A stretch of 64,000 nt of DNA. It comes from Chiloscyllium plagiosum. Its lineage: Eukaryota. The stretch covers positions 8,537,524-8,601,523 of the forward strand of contig NC_057750.1 in assembly GCF_004010195.1 (NCBI RefSeq), given 5' to 3'. Both the position numbers and the translations under genes were made by a program. Positions 23,126 to 35,186 of the stretch are shown here, piece by piece; within the stretch, counting starts at the first letter, position 1; each line of letters starts with the position of its first letter. The notes beneath the pieces are model-generated. The model was not told the origin of the DNA and made no database searches. It was given only the letters and a program-made list of their open reading frames with translations.

Positions 23126-23399
23126 AACTGCCTGAGCCTTCTCACCTGAACCTCCGTCGCTAGTTGTGGATTGTGAATGATGGGCAGACAGAGATAGAGC
23201 AACTGCACCATTAATTGGAAAATTAACCAGTTGGAAAGAGCAATAAAAGAGGTTTGGAGTTCAATAGCCAGCGCATTAGATGCGCTGATGACTGTGACAC
23301 AATTTCTTTATTTTTTTCCCAGATTAAAGGCCCAGATGAAAATCCTGCACTACATAAAGGCAGCTGTGTATTAGTAATTAGCAGACTGGAGAGAGGCCA

Positions 23400-23915
23400 G
23401 CCCTCTGTCTGTCTCAATGTGTGTCCCTCTCAGTCTGTCTGTCTCTATCTCTCAATCTATCTCTATTTGTCTCCATCTAACTTTCTTTCTCTATATATCT
23501 ATCTCTGTATATAGATATCTGTCTCTATCTGTTTCTCTCTCAACAGTGTCTCTCATTTTCTCTGTGTGTGTCTTTCCCTCTTTGACACTCGCTGTCTTTA
23601 TTTCTCTCAGTCTGTTCTCTATTTAACTTCTTTCTCTCTCTGTCTCTCCCACTCTGGTGTTTTTTCTCTCTCTCTCTCTCTGTCATGGTTTCTATCTCTT
23701 TCAGTCTGTCTGTCTCTCTCTCTTTTTGTCTCTGTCTAACTCTTTCTCTGTTTCTTCCCCCTCTACCACCCATTTGATGTTCTCTTCCTCTGACCCTGTC
23801 TCTCTCCCCCTCAGCCTGAATGTCTCTTGGTCTCTGCTTCTCTGTCTCACTGTCTGTATCTCCCTTAGTCTCTCTGTCTCTGTCCTCTCCCCTCCCCCCA
23901 TCTCTCTCCTCCCTA
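23400..23915. repeat. Degenerate (TC/TG)n polypyrimidine tract
   Basis: About 500 bp of tctc/tgtc repeats. Confidence 0.9.
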
Positions 23916-24234
23916 CAACACCCATATTATTTCTTAGAAATTGAAGCAGATGTTGAAGGTGAATGTATTTAATTTTTTTGAAAAGAACTAGCAAGTTACT
24001 TCAGTGACTAAAAGACACTGCAAGTGGGAACGAACACCTACACCTGATTGAGTTGTAGGCAAAACTCAATGCCATTCATTTCAGCCACTTTTGTAATCAC
24101 ATATTACCCCTCACTGACCCCATCCAAAGCTCTCATTTTCAAATCCTGCCATAGTTTGGCATCCTTTACAGAAACGAATCTGAACTAGGTAAATTTTTAG
24201 GGAGGGAGTTCTGAACAAGGGGTTATAATTTTAG

Positions 24235-24445
24235 TAAAAGCAAAATACTGGAGATCTGAAAAGAAAATAGAAATGCTGAAGAAATTCATCAAGTCTGGCA
24301 GCATCTGTGGAGAGAGAAACAGAGTAAACTTTGAGTCGAGTTTGACTTTCCTTTAGATCATAAGACCTCACTGGACTTGAAATGTTAACTCTGTTTCTCT
24401 TTCCACAGACACTGTCAGACCTGCTTATCTTGTCTATTAATTCCC
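24235..24445. mobile_element. Old inverted PLE pLTR pair (family P3)
   Basis: gtctggcagcatctgtggagagagaaacagagt versus actctgtttctctttccacagacactgtcagac. Confidence 0.7.
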
Positions 24446-25064
24446 AGCATAAATTAGGATTATTGGGCACAATTAGGAAAGTGGAATTGAGGCCAAAAAT
24501 CAAATCCATGAATCTTTTTGAATGGTGAAGCATGGTTGGATGGGTTGAATGGCCCAATCCTGCTCCTGTTTATTTTGATCTTATGCTACAAGGGTAGATA
24601 TTTACTCAGCAGACCACATGGTTCTTTACCCCATTCTCATCAGCTGCATTGATGCTCACTGCTGAGGGAGTCTCCATGATGCCACTGGGGAAAAGCAGGA
24701 AATGGGGGAAGAAATTGCAGAGAGAAAGGACAGACAAGAAAATTAACTGGGAGTAGGATGCAGGTGGGTAGTTGTTTCGTGGAAAGAAGAGCCCAGCAAA
24801 AGCTGAATTAAACGATTAAATTTAAAATTGAAAACACACCATTAATGAGCTTTAAGGAGTAGAAAGTGAGGTGAATGTGCCTGCTGGCCTGTGTCTGACA
24901 GTAATGTTTCATCAACAATAAAACAGAGAAAGGTATGACAGTTTATAAATGCAGTGCAGTGTTTTATTGCTTGAAGCATGCTTGAGGTTAATCTGACATT
25001 GTTTGGCTTCTGAAAACATTGGGACTGCTATGCCAGTCAGTTTGAATTCCTTCATTACAATTTT

Positions 25065-26545
25065 TCTGTGTGTATGTGTTTATCTTTTGTCTGCGCGTAT
25101 GTGTTGGGCTGTGTGGGTTTTGTCCCTGGGTGTTTTGTCTGTTTTATATATGTCTGCATATGTATTTGTTTATATGTCTGTATATGTGTTTGTGTGGATG
25201 CATGTTTCTGCCTTTGTGTATCTCCCTGAGTGTCAATGTGTCTTTCTGTTTTGTGTGTTTGTGTTGTGTCTATGCCTGTGTGTATATTGTACGTGTGAAT
25301 ACTGGTGATTTCATCCTCAGTAACACTCAACACTGGAGATCCCAGGGGTGCGTACTCAGCCCCCTACTGTACTCACTGTATACCCATCACTACGTCACCA
25401 AATACCAGACTAATACCAATTACAAGTTCACTAATGACACCACCATAGTCAGTCGAATCACAGATGGCAACAAAACAGACTACAGATGGGAAGTGGAAGA
25501 ACTGGAAGAATGGTGCACTGAGAACAACCTAGCTCTCAGTGTGGCAAAACTAAGGAGCTTATTGTTGACTTTCGGTGGGATGTTACTCATGCCCCCCTAC
25601 ACATTAACAGCACAGAGGTGGAATAAGTGGAGAGTGTCAAGCTCCTGGGAGTGGTCGTCCACAACATGTTTTCTTGGACTCTTCATGTGGAGACCCGCTG
25701 GTAACAAAGGCCCAACAACGTCTCTTCCTCAGGCAGCTGAGGAAATTTGGCATGACAGCGAATACCCTTAACAACTTTTATAGGTGCATCATCGAGAGCA
25801 TTCTGTCTGGATGTATCACTACCTGGTATGGCAACTGTACTGTTCAAGATTGGAGACGGTTACAGAGAATGGTGAACTCGGCCCAGACAATCACAAAGGC
25901 CAACCTACCATCTATAGAATCCATCTACCAGGCCCACTGTCAAAGAAAGGCCAACAGCATTCTCAAAGATCCTGAGAATGTTTTTCTACAACCTCTACCA
26001 TTGGGGAGAAGGTACAGAAGCTTGAACACACACGCCAGCCGGTTTTGAAACAGTTTCTACTCTACTTTTAGAATACTGAATGGACTCTCAAACTCTTAAC
26101 ATTTGCCTTTACCTATGTTTTTGTTTTGCCGCTATTTACCTATTATTTACTTATCTAGGCTATTTATATATGTGATCTGCCTATATTGCTCGCAAGATAA
26201 AGCTTTTCACTGTGCCTCGGTACATGTGACAATAAATTCAATTCAATTCTGTCTGTGGCTATATGTGTGTTTGTGTCTATGTCTGTGTTGTGTCTATATG
26301 ACTAAGTATATACTGTGCCTCTGAACGCTGGTGTTTGTGCATTTGTTTGTGTGTGCATGTCACTGTATGTCTATGTCTTTGTGTGTTTGGGTATATGCAT
26401 TTCTATGTGCTTGTTTGTTATGGTCTGTAGGTTTGTCTGTGACTATGTGTGTTATATGTCTGTGGCTTTCTGTGTCTGCGCCTATGAATATGTCTGTGTG
26501 TGTGTGTATGTCTGAATGCGTGTGTGTCTGTGTACCTATTTGCGT
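25065..26545. repeat. Degenerate (TG)n tract interrupted by a Rex1 LINE
   Basis: TG-rich sequence at 25065-25295 and 26250-26545. Confidence 0.85.
25300..26249 (+). mobile_element. Rex1/Babar LINE, 5'-truncated
   Basis: SQGCVLSPLLYSLYTH, KFTNDTT, KAQQRLFLRQLRKF, IESILSGCITTWYGNC; aataaa followed by (ttcaa)n tail. Confidence 0.92.
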
Positions 26546-27169
26546 CCTAATTGAGGAGATCTGGTAAATTCCGTAGCAGTCCATTTGATCTCATTTGGGG
26601 AACCAGTAATGCCAGGAACAGATGAAAAAGTTAAAACTATTAGCTCCCCGCCCCGGGAGACTAGTTTGTTTTGTACAGGCAGCGAGAGCAAACGGCAGAG
26701 GCGACAAGACTCGGCTAATTAAGTCATTGCGACTGCCTCATTCTGGCAGAGCAACTGGGGGACGGCATTTTGTGTGTATGTGTGTGTTGTTTCCCTGAGA
26801 GGCTCATGATACCTATGGCAAAACGCTTGTCACTTTTTATAAGCGATGGTCCTGCCGTTCTCTGTCACTCCATTTCCCCTCCCCGCAGCCCTGGGCTCCA
26901 TGTCAACTCCCCAGCCACAGCTATTGATGGCGGTGTCACGGCTTCCGCACACAGATTACTCTGGGGAACCGCACGGCGTAATATGAGATCTCATTCCCAG
27001 AGATTTAGATGCATGGCTCTCTTGTAAGTTTACAGCACCAGCAAAATAATAGAGGAATTAACTTAGCTGTGGTTAAAAATTAAACAAAACGCATCAAGCT
27101 ACTCAATAAAAAAAGACAGCGACCTTGCTCCTCGTCTACAGAAGAAGCTTTTGTTTTAATTTTCTGATA

Positions 27170-27455
27170 GAATTCAGACGCCCACTCTTATTTCCAAGGA
27201 AGAGCAGGGGAGTTCTCCCTGGAGTCTTTGCTAATATTTATACCTCAATACTTAACAAGAAAACAGATGTGGATGGTCAGTTTTCGTACTTGATGTTCGT
27301 GAGAGCTTGCTGTGCGTTCCCAGGGTCCTCGGAATCGGAAGCGTAAACTCTGTTTCTCTTCACACAGATCCTGCTGAGTTTCCCTAGCACTTTGTGTTTG
27401 TTTCACTTTGCAGTCATTCTGAGGTTGTGAGAGGCGCTACGTCAATGTAAGTTTT
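27170..27455 (+). mobile_element. DeuSINE 3' part with a small pLTR insert (~27345-27405)
   Basis: gaagagcaggggagttctccctgg...aatatttatacctcaa...tgagaggcgctacgtcaatgtaag. Confidence 0.65.
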
Positions 27456-28379
27456 CATTGCTTCAAATCTTCTTGTGCTCGTTCCTTTCCCCACCCCCTC
27501 TAAGAATCAGAATGGAGTCTGTTTTCCACTGCAGGCGGTCTCTAATTACAGTGTTCACCGGATCGGCAAGTCTTCTTGAGGCTGATCGACCTCAAGATGC
27601 ATCGCACAATCACAGACAGGGGTATTTTCTGCCCCCTGTTAAATTTCCTCCAACCATAAAAGCCGAAGGAGAGATTTAACGAGAGTTTAAAAATACGGTA
27701 AGTGATGGAATAAGGAGAATCTGTTTGCAGGAGCAGAAGCAGCAGTAACCAGAGAACATAGACTTGGGGTGATTGACAAAAGAACCAAAAGCGCAAGCAG
27801 AAACCTGTTTAACGCAGAGAGTTGTTAGGAATTAGAACTGGAGAAAGTGACGAGGCAGATTTCACAGTAACTTTCAAAAGAGTATTAGCTTGAACGGGGA
27901 AATCTTGTAGGACTGTGGGGTAAATGAGCAGAACAGTTGGACAGCTCATTCACATTTTACACGGAATGACCCACTTTATTCACAGAATGTGTACATTGTT
28001 GCCTGGTCCAGCATTTGTTGCCTGTCCCTAACTGCCCCCTGAGAAGTAAGTGGCAGGCCACCTTCTTGATCCACTGCAATTTGTGTGGTGTAGGTGCATG
28101 TTTCAGGGGGAGAAGTTAAGATGTGGATCCAGCAACAAGTGGCAGCTTGCTGTGCACATGCTGGCTCCCACCTCTTCTAAGTTACAACAGTGACTGTACT
28201 TCTTGGCTGTTGAGACCTTTAAGGTATCTGGTCCTCATGATAGGCATTATAAAGCAAGTCTCTCCCTCAAGTGCCCATCCAATTTTGAAATTATTAATAG
28301 TCTCTGTGCCCTCCCCACCGACCTCTCATTTTGCTACTGCAATTTCAAGAACCTCTTCAATTCTCTTCTGGTCTATATC

Positions 28380-28997
28380 ACTGCAGGAGTTTCTCAAGGT
28401 AGTGTCCTAGGCCCATTGATCTTTGGCTGCTTCATCAGTGACCTTCTGTCCATTGTGAGATTAGAATTGGGCAGGGTCACTGATGACTGCACAATGTTCA
28501 GCACTATTCACGACTCCTCAGATACTGAAGCAGTCCATGTGCAAAAGCAGCTCCAACAAAACCCAAGAAGCTTGACACCATCCAGGACAAAGCAGCCTGC
28601 TTGATTGTCATCACATTCACTGCTTCCAACATTCACTTCCTCCACTGTGACACTCAGTAGCAGTAATGTGTACCATCTACAAGATGCACTGGAACAACTC
28701 ACCTCCAGTCCTTCGACAGCACCTTCCAAACCCACAACCTCCACTCCCAGATGAACAAGGATAGTAGGTTAATGGGACACCACCCCCTGCAAGTTACTCT
28801 CCAAGCCACTCATCATCCTGAGTTGGAAATATATTGCTGTTCCTTCAGTCTTATTGCATCAAAACCCTGGAATTCCCTCACTAACAGCCTATGTTCAGTA
28901 AGAATGCAGCTCACCACCATCTTCTCCAGGGCAAGTAGGTATGGCCAATAAATGCTGGCCCAGCCAGCAAAGCCATGTTCCGTGAATGAAGGAATTA
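28380..28997 (+). mobile_element. CR1/L2-group LINE (RT plus 3' end), internally deleted; shares its tail with SINE B
   Basis: [20 protein letters not shown]...TDDCTMFS; tail gggcaagtaggtatggccaataaatgctggcccagccagc...cgtgaatgaa. Confidence 0.85.
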
Positions 28998-29234
28998 AAA
29001 TGATACATTTTTAGCATATGGTGTAGCATCCACATTTCACAGACCTTACTTCCACAGACATTAATGTCCTGAATAAGTTTTTAAGACTGATAGGAAAGTT
29101 GATAGAATGTAGCATCTTATGAGCGCTTTTCCTTTGTTACAAACTAGAATCTTGTTGTTAACATACCCTTCATCTTCACAAAATTACTCTGGCTATTTCC
29201 ATCCTTCTTCTGACTTTGGCATACCATCTTCTGT

Positions 29235-29450
29235 CCTCAGTAGCTAAGTTGTCTGGACGGCTGTTTTTTAATGCAGAGTGACAGGACCAGTGTCAGTTCC
29301 TACACTGGCTGAAGTTACCATGAAGGTCTCTCTTTTTTAACCTCTCTCTTCACCTGGATTGTGGTAACCCTCAGGTTAAACCACCACCAGTCGTCTCTCT
29401 CTTAATGAGAGAGCAGCCATGTGGTCCTTGAGGACTGTAGTGACTTCACA
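29235..29450 (+). mobile_element. SINE family C
   Basis: Matches the 19255-19455 body; ends gtggtccttgaggactgtagtgactt. Confidence 0.75.
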
Positions 29451-30389
29451 AATATATCTTCCTGTTCTAGTGTGACACCATCTACTTCAATCATCGCTTT
29501 TGATTCTTCAGATATAATGCTTCAACTGACCTTGCTTCTGTCATTTTGGTATTCATACAACACAGTCCACATGCTGAACTTTTAGATTTTATTTGATCTA
29601 TGGCAATTTCTACAGCTTTCTATTGCTATCCTGCAGGAGGTACTTATGACTTTGACTGGTATCTCTCTGTGTTGGGGTTTAGCTCTAGCTTCACAATGAC
29701 AAAGCCCTAGCAATCCTTGGCTGTTGTCAGGCAGGTGTACCTAACGCAGAGGTTGGCAGAATGTCAGAGATGGCTTGTCGGCACTGCCAGCTAATCCCCC
29801 ATGCCTTCTTTCGTGTAGAGTCTGATGAACCCCGAGATATGAAAGTACAGACTCAAATAAATGTCTCTTAAAATAATGTATTAATTGGAAGCAAGACAAG
29901 AGAGTGAACAAGTTCCAGAGGGAGTATTGACAGCCACTACATAAGCTGATGAGTTGGAGGTTTTGTAGGACTTTCAACAGAACTCTTAGAAAACAAGTCT
30001 ACTTCACCGGTGGGCTGCTTTACCCAGCAAGCATAGGGAATGTACTGCACCAAATTGTTGACAGAGTCTACTTAGAAGAAGTTTGTATGAATTACAGCAA
30101 ACTGAACCTGCTTAGGGAATGAACTGCACTAAAAAATCTACAGTGTCTACTTAGAAGGAGTCTCGACGAACTACAGCAAACAGAACTCATGACTGAAAAT
30201 ACAGCAACATCCCCTGATTAGTGATTTCTGTAACAAAACACAGTTTAAGAGGATAGTTAACAAAAGCCAAATCATACTGTGTAAAAATAAGCCACAGTTG
30301 TTGCATCAATGACTGACAGGAGAATTACACACGTATCTTGATCTGCCCAGGAGCAATAGTATCCCTATAGATATGTATCATCACCCTGT

Positions 30390-30548
30390 TCAGAGACCCG
30401 GGTTCAATCCCCGTCTCAGGCAACTGTCTGTGTGGAGTTTGCACATTCTCCCCGTGTCTGCGTGGGTTTCCTCCGGGTGCTTCGGTTTCCTCCCACAGTC
30501 CAAAAATGTGCAGGTTAGGTGAATTGGCCATGCTAAGTTGCCCGTAGA
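30390..30548 (+). mobile_element. HE1-like V-SINE (5'-truncated), followed by a CR1 UTR
   Basis: B box gggttcaatccc and V-domain gtggagtttgcacattctccccgtgtctgcgtgggtttcctccgggtgc. Confidence 0.9.
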
Positions 30549-30634
30549 TCAGTCATGACCATATTGAAGGGTGGAGCAGGCTCGAAGGGCCAAATGGACT
30601 ATTCCTGATGCTATTCCTTGCAGTTGCATGTTTG

Positions 30635-30820
30635 CGCTAGCTCAGTTGGTCACACTCCTGCCTCAGTGTTAGAATGCTGGGGGTTCAAGTTCAACTCTAG
30701 AGAATTGAGCATATAATTTTAGTTGACAGTGCAGTGCAGTATAGGAGGAGTGTTACACAGTTGTTAGTGCCATTTGCAAATGGGATAGTAATGTGGCGTC
30801 CTGTCTGCCCTCTTGAATGA
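30635..30820 (+). mobile_element. DeuSINE 5' part
   Basis: tagctcagttggtcacactcctgcctc...ggttcaagt...ttgagca...gcagtgcagta. Confidence 0.6.
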
Positions 30821-31384
30821 CCTATACAGAACAGAACTCAGCCATTGAGCTCCTCATGCCATTTTATAGCCAAACTGACCTGTTATGCCCAGTTCTGTAC
30901 CAGGCCTGGACATTCTGACAGTCAGACATAAAATTTGAAATTCTAGCATTCCCAGCACTTAACACTCTTCATCTCGATTGTGTTGAATGTACAGACTCTT
31001 TTGCTCAGCTAATCCGTGCTGTTCCTTCTGCTGCATACAAGTCTTCTCCCATTCATTTTATCCAGGATCTCAATAAATCAGAGCTTCCTGTCATGGCATT
31101 TGGGACTCCACGTGGGGTCGCAAGCTGAGATTCTTGGAGTTGCCATGTACCTGTCCCCCATGTTATAAAAGCTGAGCTCCTGCTCTAATAGACACCCATT
31201 CCACAGCCGCCCCTGACCCCATACATATATATATACACCTTGTACCTTGCTCTCTCAGATTTTGCTGAGAGCCTTGTGAGAATTTCCAAATTCTGAAATG
31301 TGGTGAGGAAATGCTTGGGAAGCTCTGCCTTCAGTGCATTTGTGTCATTCAATTCAGAACAAATTTCCCATCCTTGCCACTGTC

Positions 31385-31745
31385 TGATTTGATTTATTAT
31401 TGTCGAATGTACCTAGGTACAGTGAAAAGTTCTGTTTTGCATGCAGTGCAGGCAGATCATACCATACAAAGTGCATAAGGGTTATAGAGCAGAGCAAGGA
31501 AGAAGGGCTTATGCCCGAAACGTCGATTCTCCTTCTCCTTTGATGCTGCCTGACTTGCTGTGCTTTTCCAGCAACACATTTTTAAGCTCTGATCCCCAGC
31601 ATCTGCAGTCCTCACTTTCTCCCAGAGCAAGGAATACAATGTTACGGCTGCAGAGACAGTGCAGAAAGAGCGAGATCAACATTAAATTTGAAAGGCCCAT
31701 TCAGAAACCTAATAACAGTGGGAAGAAGCTGTTCTTGAATATCTG
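31385..31745 (-). mobile_element. Rex1-like LINE 3' end, split by a pLTR
   Basis: tttattattgtc...gtacagtgaaaag...caggcagatcat resembles the Rex1 tail at 33591; gggaagaagctgttcttgaa. Confidence 0.65.
31501..31622 (+). mobile_element. PLE pLTR insertion (P1a) with ~11-bp TSD
   Basis: TSD cagagcaagga at 31490-31500 and 31623-31633; begins inside the HHR core, ends ctcactttctcc. Confidence 0.9.
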
Positions 31746-31794
31746 GGTTGGAATTTCTCCTGAATTTATGATTGGCTTTATTAGTGAACTTTGA

Positions 31795-32005
31795 GTTGGT
31801 TATCTAAGTTGGCTGGATGGCTAGTCTGTGATGCAGAGTGAGGCCAACAGTATTGTTCAATTCTGACACTGTATGAGATTACTATGAAAGACTGTCCTTC
31901 TCAACTTCACCTCTCATCTGAAGTGTGGAGATCCTCAGGTTAAACCATCACCAGTTGTCTCTGAAATGACAATAAAGTCTGGTAGGATGATAGCGACTTT
32001 ACTTA
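31795..32005 (+). mobile_element. SINE family C
   Basis: gttggctggatggctagtctgtgatgcagagtga...cctcaggttaaaccatcacc...gcgactttactt. Confidence 0.75.
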
Positions 32006-33439
32006 TATTTAAGGTCCTTAGTTCCACCACAAATGGTAACACCTTCCCAATCAATAAATCTAACTAAACACTATAAAGTCCCTATTTCCCTCCCCCAGTC
32101 CTGCAGCAGCGTTCTGTTTTCCAGAACAGAAAGCTCCATCCTCTTTCCCTTGCTCGGTATAACCTTTCAGTTCTGATATCAGCTAGAGCAGAGAGAAAAA
32201 AAGTACTTTTTAAAAGAGCGTGCTGCTTTTGCCTTGTAATCGCCAGGTTTTAAACAGTGGGAATAAATCTTCCTCATTATTATTAACTGGGAATTTTGCA
32301 GCAAAGATGTTTTCTGTTTGACCTAGTTAATGTTCTAAATCTACAAACAAGTTTCAACAAATCAAATGCCTGAAGCTGTACAGAAACCCATGTGGTGTTT
32401 GCAGCACAACTTAATGTCCCTCCTGCTGTTTGATCTCTTGTCTTCACGAAAACTGAAGAGCTATAAACGCTGAGAACCGGTGGTTCTGGTTGGTAATAGC
32501 ACAGTTTATAGTTGGAAGTACCCTGAATATCAGAGTCAGACGTTGCCTCTGCCTTGGCAACTAGTTTAAAGCGGAAAAGCGTTAGTCCCATAAAGCAGGA
32601 AGGTGCCAGGTTTGATGCCAAGTCTGTGCTGATTTGGACAAGAGAGGGCATGGGGGTGAGGAATGTGAAGGAGAACATTTTTATGTAGAGTGTGGTAATG
32701 AACTGGAACTCACTGCCCATGATGCATGTGGGGGTGGAAGTGATGAATGATTCTGAGAAAATAATTGAATGGGCACTTGAGGAATTAAACATGCAGGGCC
32801 AACAGGAATAGATTGGGGAGAATGGGATGATAGCATGAGATTGGATTGATTGACAGAGAGCTGGCACAGACGTGATGGGCTGGACCACAGTTACTCTATC
32901 GGCTCCTTTCAGATGAGTTTGGGAGCATAAAATGCCTCAGGTTCCTGTCGATCTAGATTCTGTGAGTAATTGGGTATTAAGCCCACTCTTGTTCCTGTTG
33001 AGGCTCTTAAATGCTCAATTTCCTCTGCCAGGTGGCAAATCCAGTAAGTGAGCCTTTCCTGGGCATGTGGCAGGAAGTAGGGGTGTGTGCACGTCTCCTT
33101 TGCATCAGACTGCAACCCCCCTACACCGCCCATGCTTTGATAACCCCTGCATTTCATCACCCCACCCGTACCCAACTTGCCTTCTATCTCGCAATCTCTT
33201 CCTTCCCCCACTCACCTTCCACATAGTAGCAGAGGTGGATCTTGGTTGTGGACTGGCTACAGTCCCAGCAGTGGCCACTACACCCAATGGAACTGCTGGA
33301 GCAGGGTACTGCCAGCCATTTGATTGGCTGTCAGCTCATGGAGGCTAGTCGTCCTTCCTAAATGGAGGTTAAGGACTCAGTGCGAAGCAATGGACATTAA
33401 CTTGCTGTGGGACTAATTGGGAGCAGGTGTGTATCACTC

Positions 33440-33580
33440 TAACTATCTGTATGTGCATATTTTTTTGTTTTTCTTTCTGTAATTGTGTGTGTATGTTTCT
33501 GTGTATCTGTGTGTGTGTATATGACTTTGTATGTTTGTATCTGTTTGTATCTGTGTGTGTATGCATATATATCTGTGATT
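33440..33580. repeat. Degenerate (TG)n tract
   Basis: tgtgtgtgtatg-type repeats. Confidence 0.8.
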
Positions 33581-34855
33581 TCACCTTCCACTGAATTGAA
33601 TTGAATTGAATTTATTGTCTCGTGTACCGAGGCACAGTGAAAAGCTTTGTCTTGCGAGCAATACAGGCAGATCACATAGTTAAGTAGCATAGATTAGTAA
33701 ATAATAGGGAAACAGCAGCAAAAACAAAAACACAGGTACAGGGGAATGTTAAGAGTTTGTGAGTCCATTCAGTATTCTAACAACAGTAGGGTAGAAACTT
33801 TTTCGAAACCGGCTGATGCATGTGTTCAGGCTTCTGTACCTTCTCCCCGATGGTAGAGGTTGTAGAAAAACATTGCCAGGTTGGGATGGATCTTTGAGAA
33901 TGCTGGCAGCCTTTTCTTGACAGCGGGCCTGGCAGATGGATTCTATAGATAGGAAGTTGACAATTTGTGATTGTCTGGGCCAAGTTCACCATTCTCTGTA
34001 ACCATCTCTGATCTTGAATGGTACAGTTGCCATACCAGGTAGTGATAAATCCAGACAGAATGCTCTCGATGGCGTACCTATAAAAGTTGTTAAGGGTATT
34101 CGCCATCATGCCAAATTTCCTCAGCTGCCTGAGGAAGAAGAGATGTTGTTGGATCTTTGTAACCAGTGCGTCCATATGAAGAGTCCAAGAAAGCTTGTTG
34201 TGAATGACCACTCCCAGGAGATTGACACTCTCCACTCGTTCCACCTCAGTGCTGTTAATGTGTAGGAGGGCATGAGTAACATCCCGCCAAAAGTCAATAA
34301 TGAGTTCCTTGGTTTTGCCAGCACTGAGAGCTAGGTTGTTCTCAGTGCACCATTTTTCCAGGTCTTCCACCTCCCATCTGTAGTCTGTTTCGTCGCCATC
34401 TGAGATTCAACCAACTGTGGTGGTGTCATCAGTGAACTTGTAAATGGCATTAGACTGGTATTTGGTGACGCAGTGATTGGTATACAGTAAGTACAGTGGA
34501 GGGCTGAGTACGTACCCCTGGGGGCTCCAGAGTTGAGTGTTAATGAGGATGAAATATAGTCCCCAATCTTCACTGATTGTGGCCTGTGGGTCAGGAAACT
34601 GAGGATTCAGTTGCAGAGAGTGGGGCTTAGTCCGAGATCACTAAGTTTAGTAATCAGTCTCAAAGGGATAATAGTGTTGAAGGTTGAAGGCTGAACTGTA
34701 GTCAATGAGTTGGATTCTTACTTAGCTGTTCTTCGTGTCAAGATGTTCTAGGGAGGAGTGAAGGGCAAGTGATATGGTATCTGACCTGGATCTGTTTGTC
34801 CGATAGGCAAATTAGAGTGGGTTAAGAATAGTGGGGAGGCTGGAGTTGAGTAATG

Positions 34856-35186
34856 GATTAATGGTGCTGGAAGAGCACAGCAGTTCAGGCAGCATCCGAG
34901 GAGCAGTAAAATCGACGTTTCGGGCAAAAGCCCTTCATCAGGAATAAAGGCAGACAGCCTGAAGGGTGGAGAGATAAGTGAGAGGAGGGTGGGGTGGGGA
35001 GAAAGTAGCATAGAGTACAATAGGTGAGTGAGGGGGGGATAAAGGTGATAGGTCGGGGGCAGGGGGAGAGTGGGGTGGATAGGTGGAAAGGAACATAGGC
35101 AGGTAGGACAAGTCATGGGGACAGTGCTGAGCTGGAAGTTTGGAACTAGGGTAAGGTGGGGGAAGGGGAAATGAGGAAACTGCTGA
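34856..35186 (-). mobile_element. PLE 3' UTR plus pLTR (P1b) inserted in Rex1
   Basis: Flanked by agtaatg at 34849-34855 and 35187-35193; intact HHR. Confidence 0.88.
34910..34944 (-). ncRNA. Minimal hammerhead ribozyme motif, intact core
   Basis: Minus strand: uucCUGAUGA a gggc-uuuu-gccc GAAAC GUC ga. Confidence 0.78.

Noticed and set aside
23400..23994. Ser/Leu-rich and Arg/Glu-rich ORFs
   Set aside because: Translations of the (TC)n/(GA)n tract.
25070..25771. 233-aa ORF, the longest in the track
   Set aside because: It is TG low-complexity sequence read into a frameshifted Rex1 RT fragment, not a host gene.
32283..32888. 201-aa minus-strand ORF
   Set aside because: Its N-terminal part is antisense to a decayed CR1 3' end (~32640-32890) and the rest has no recognisable domain.
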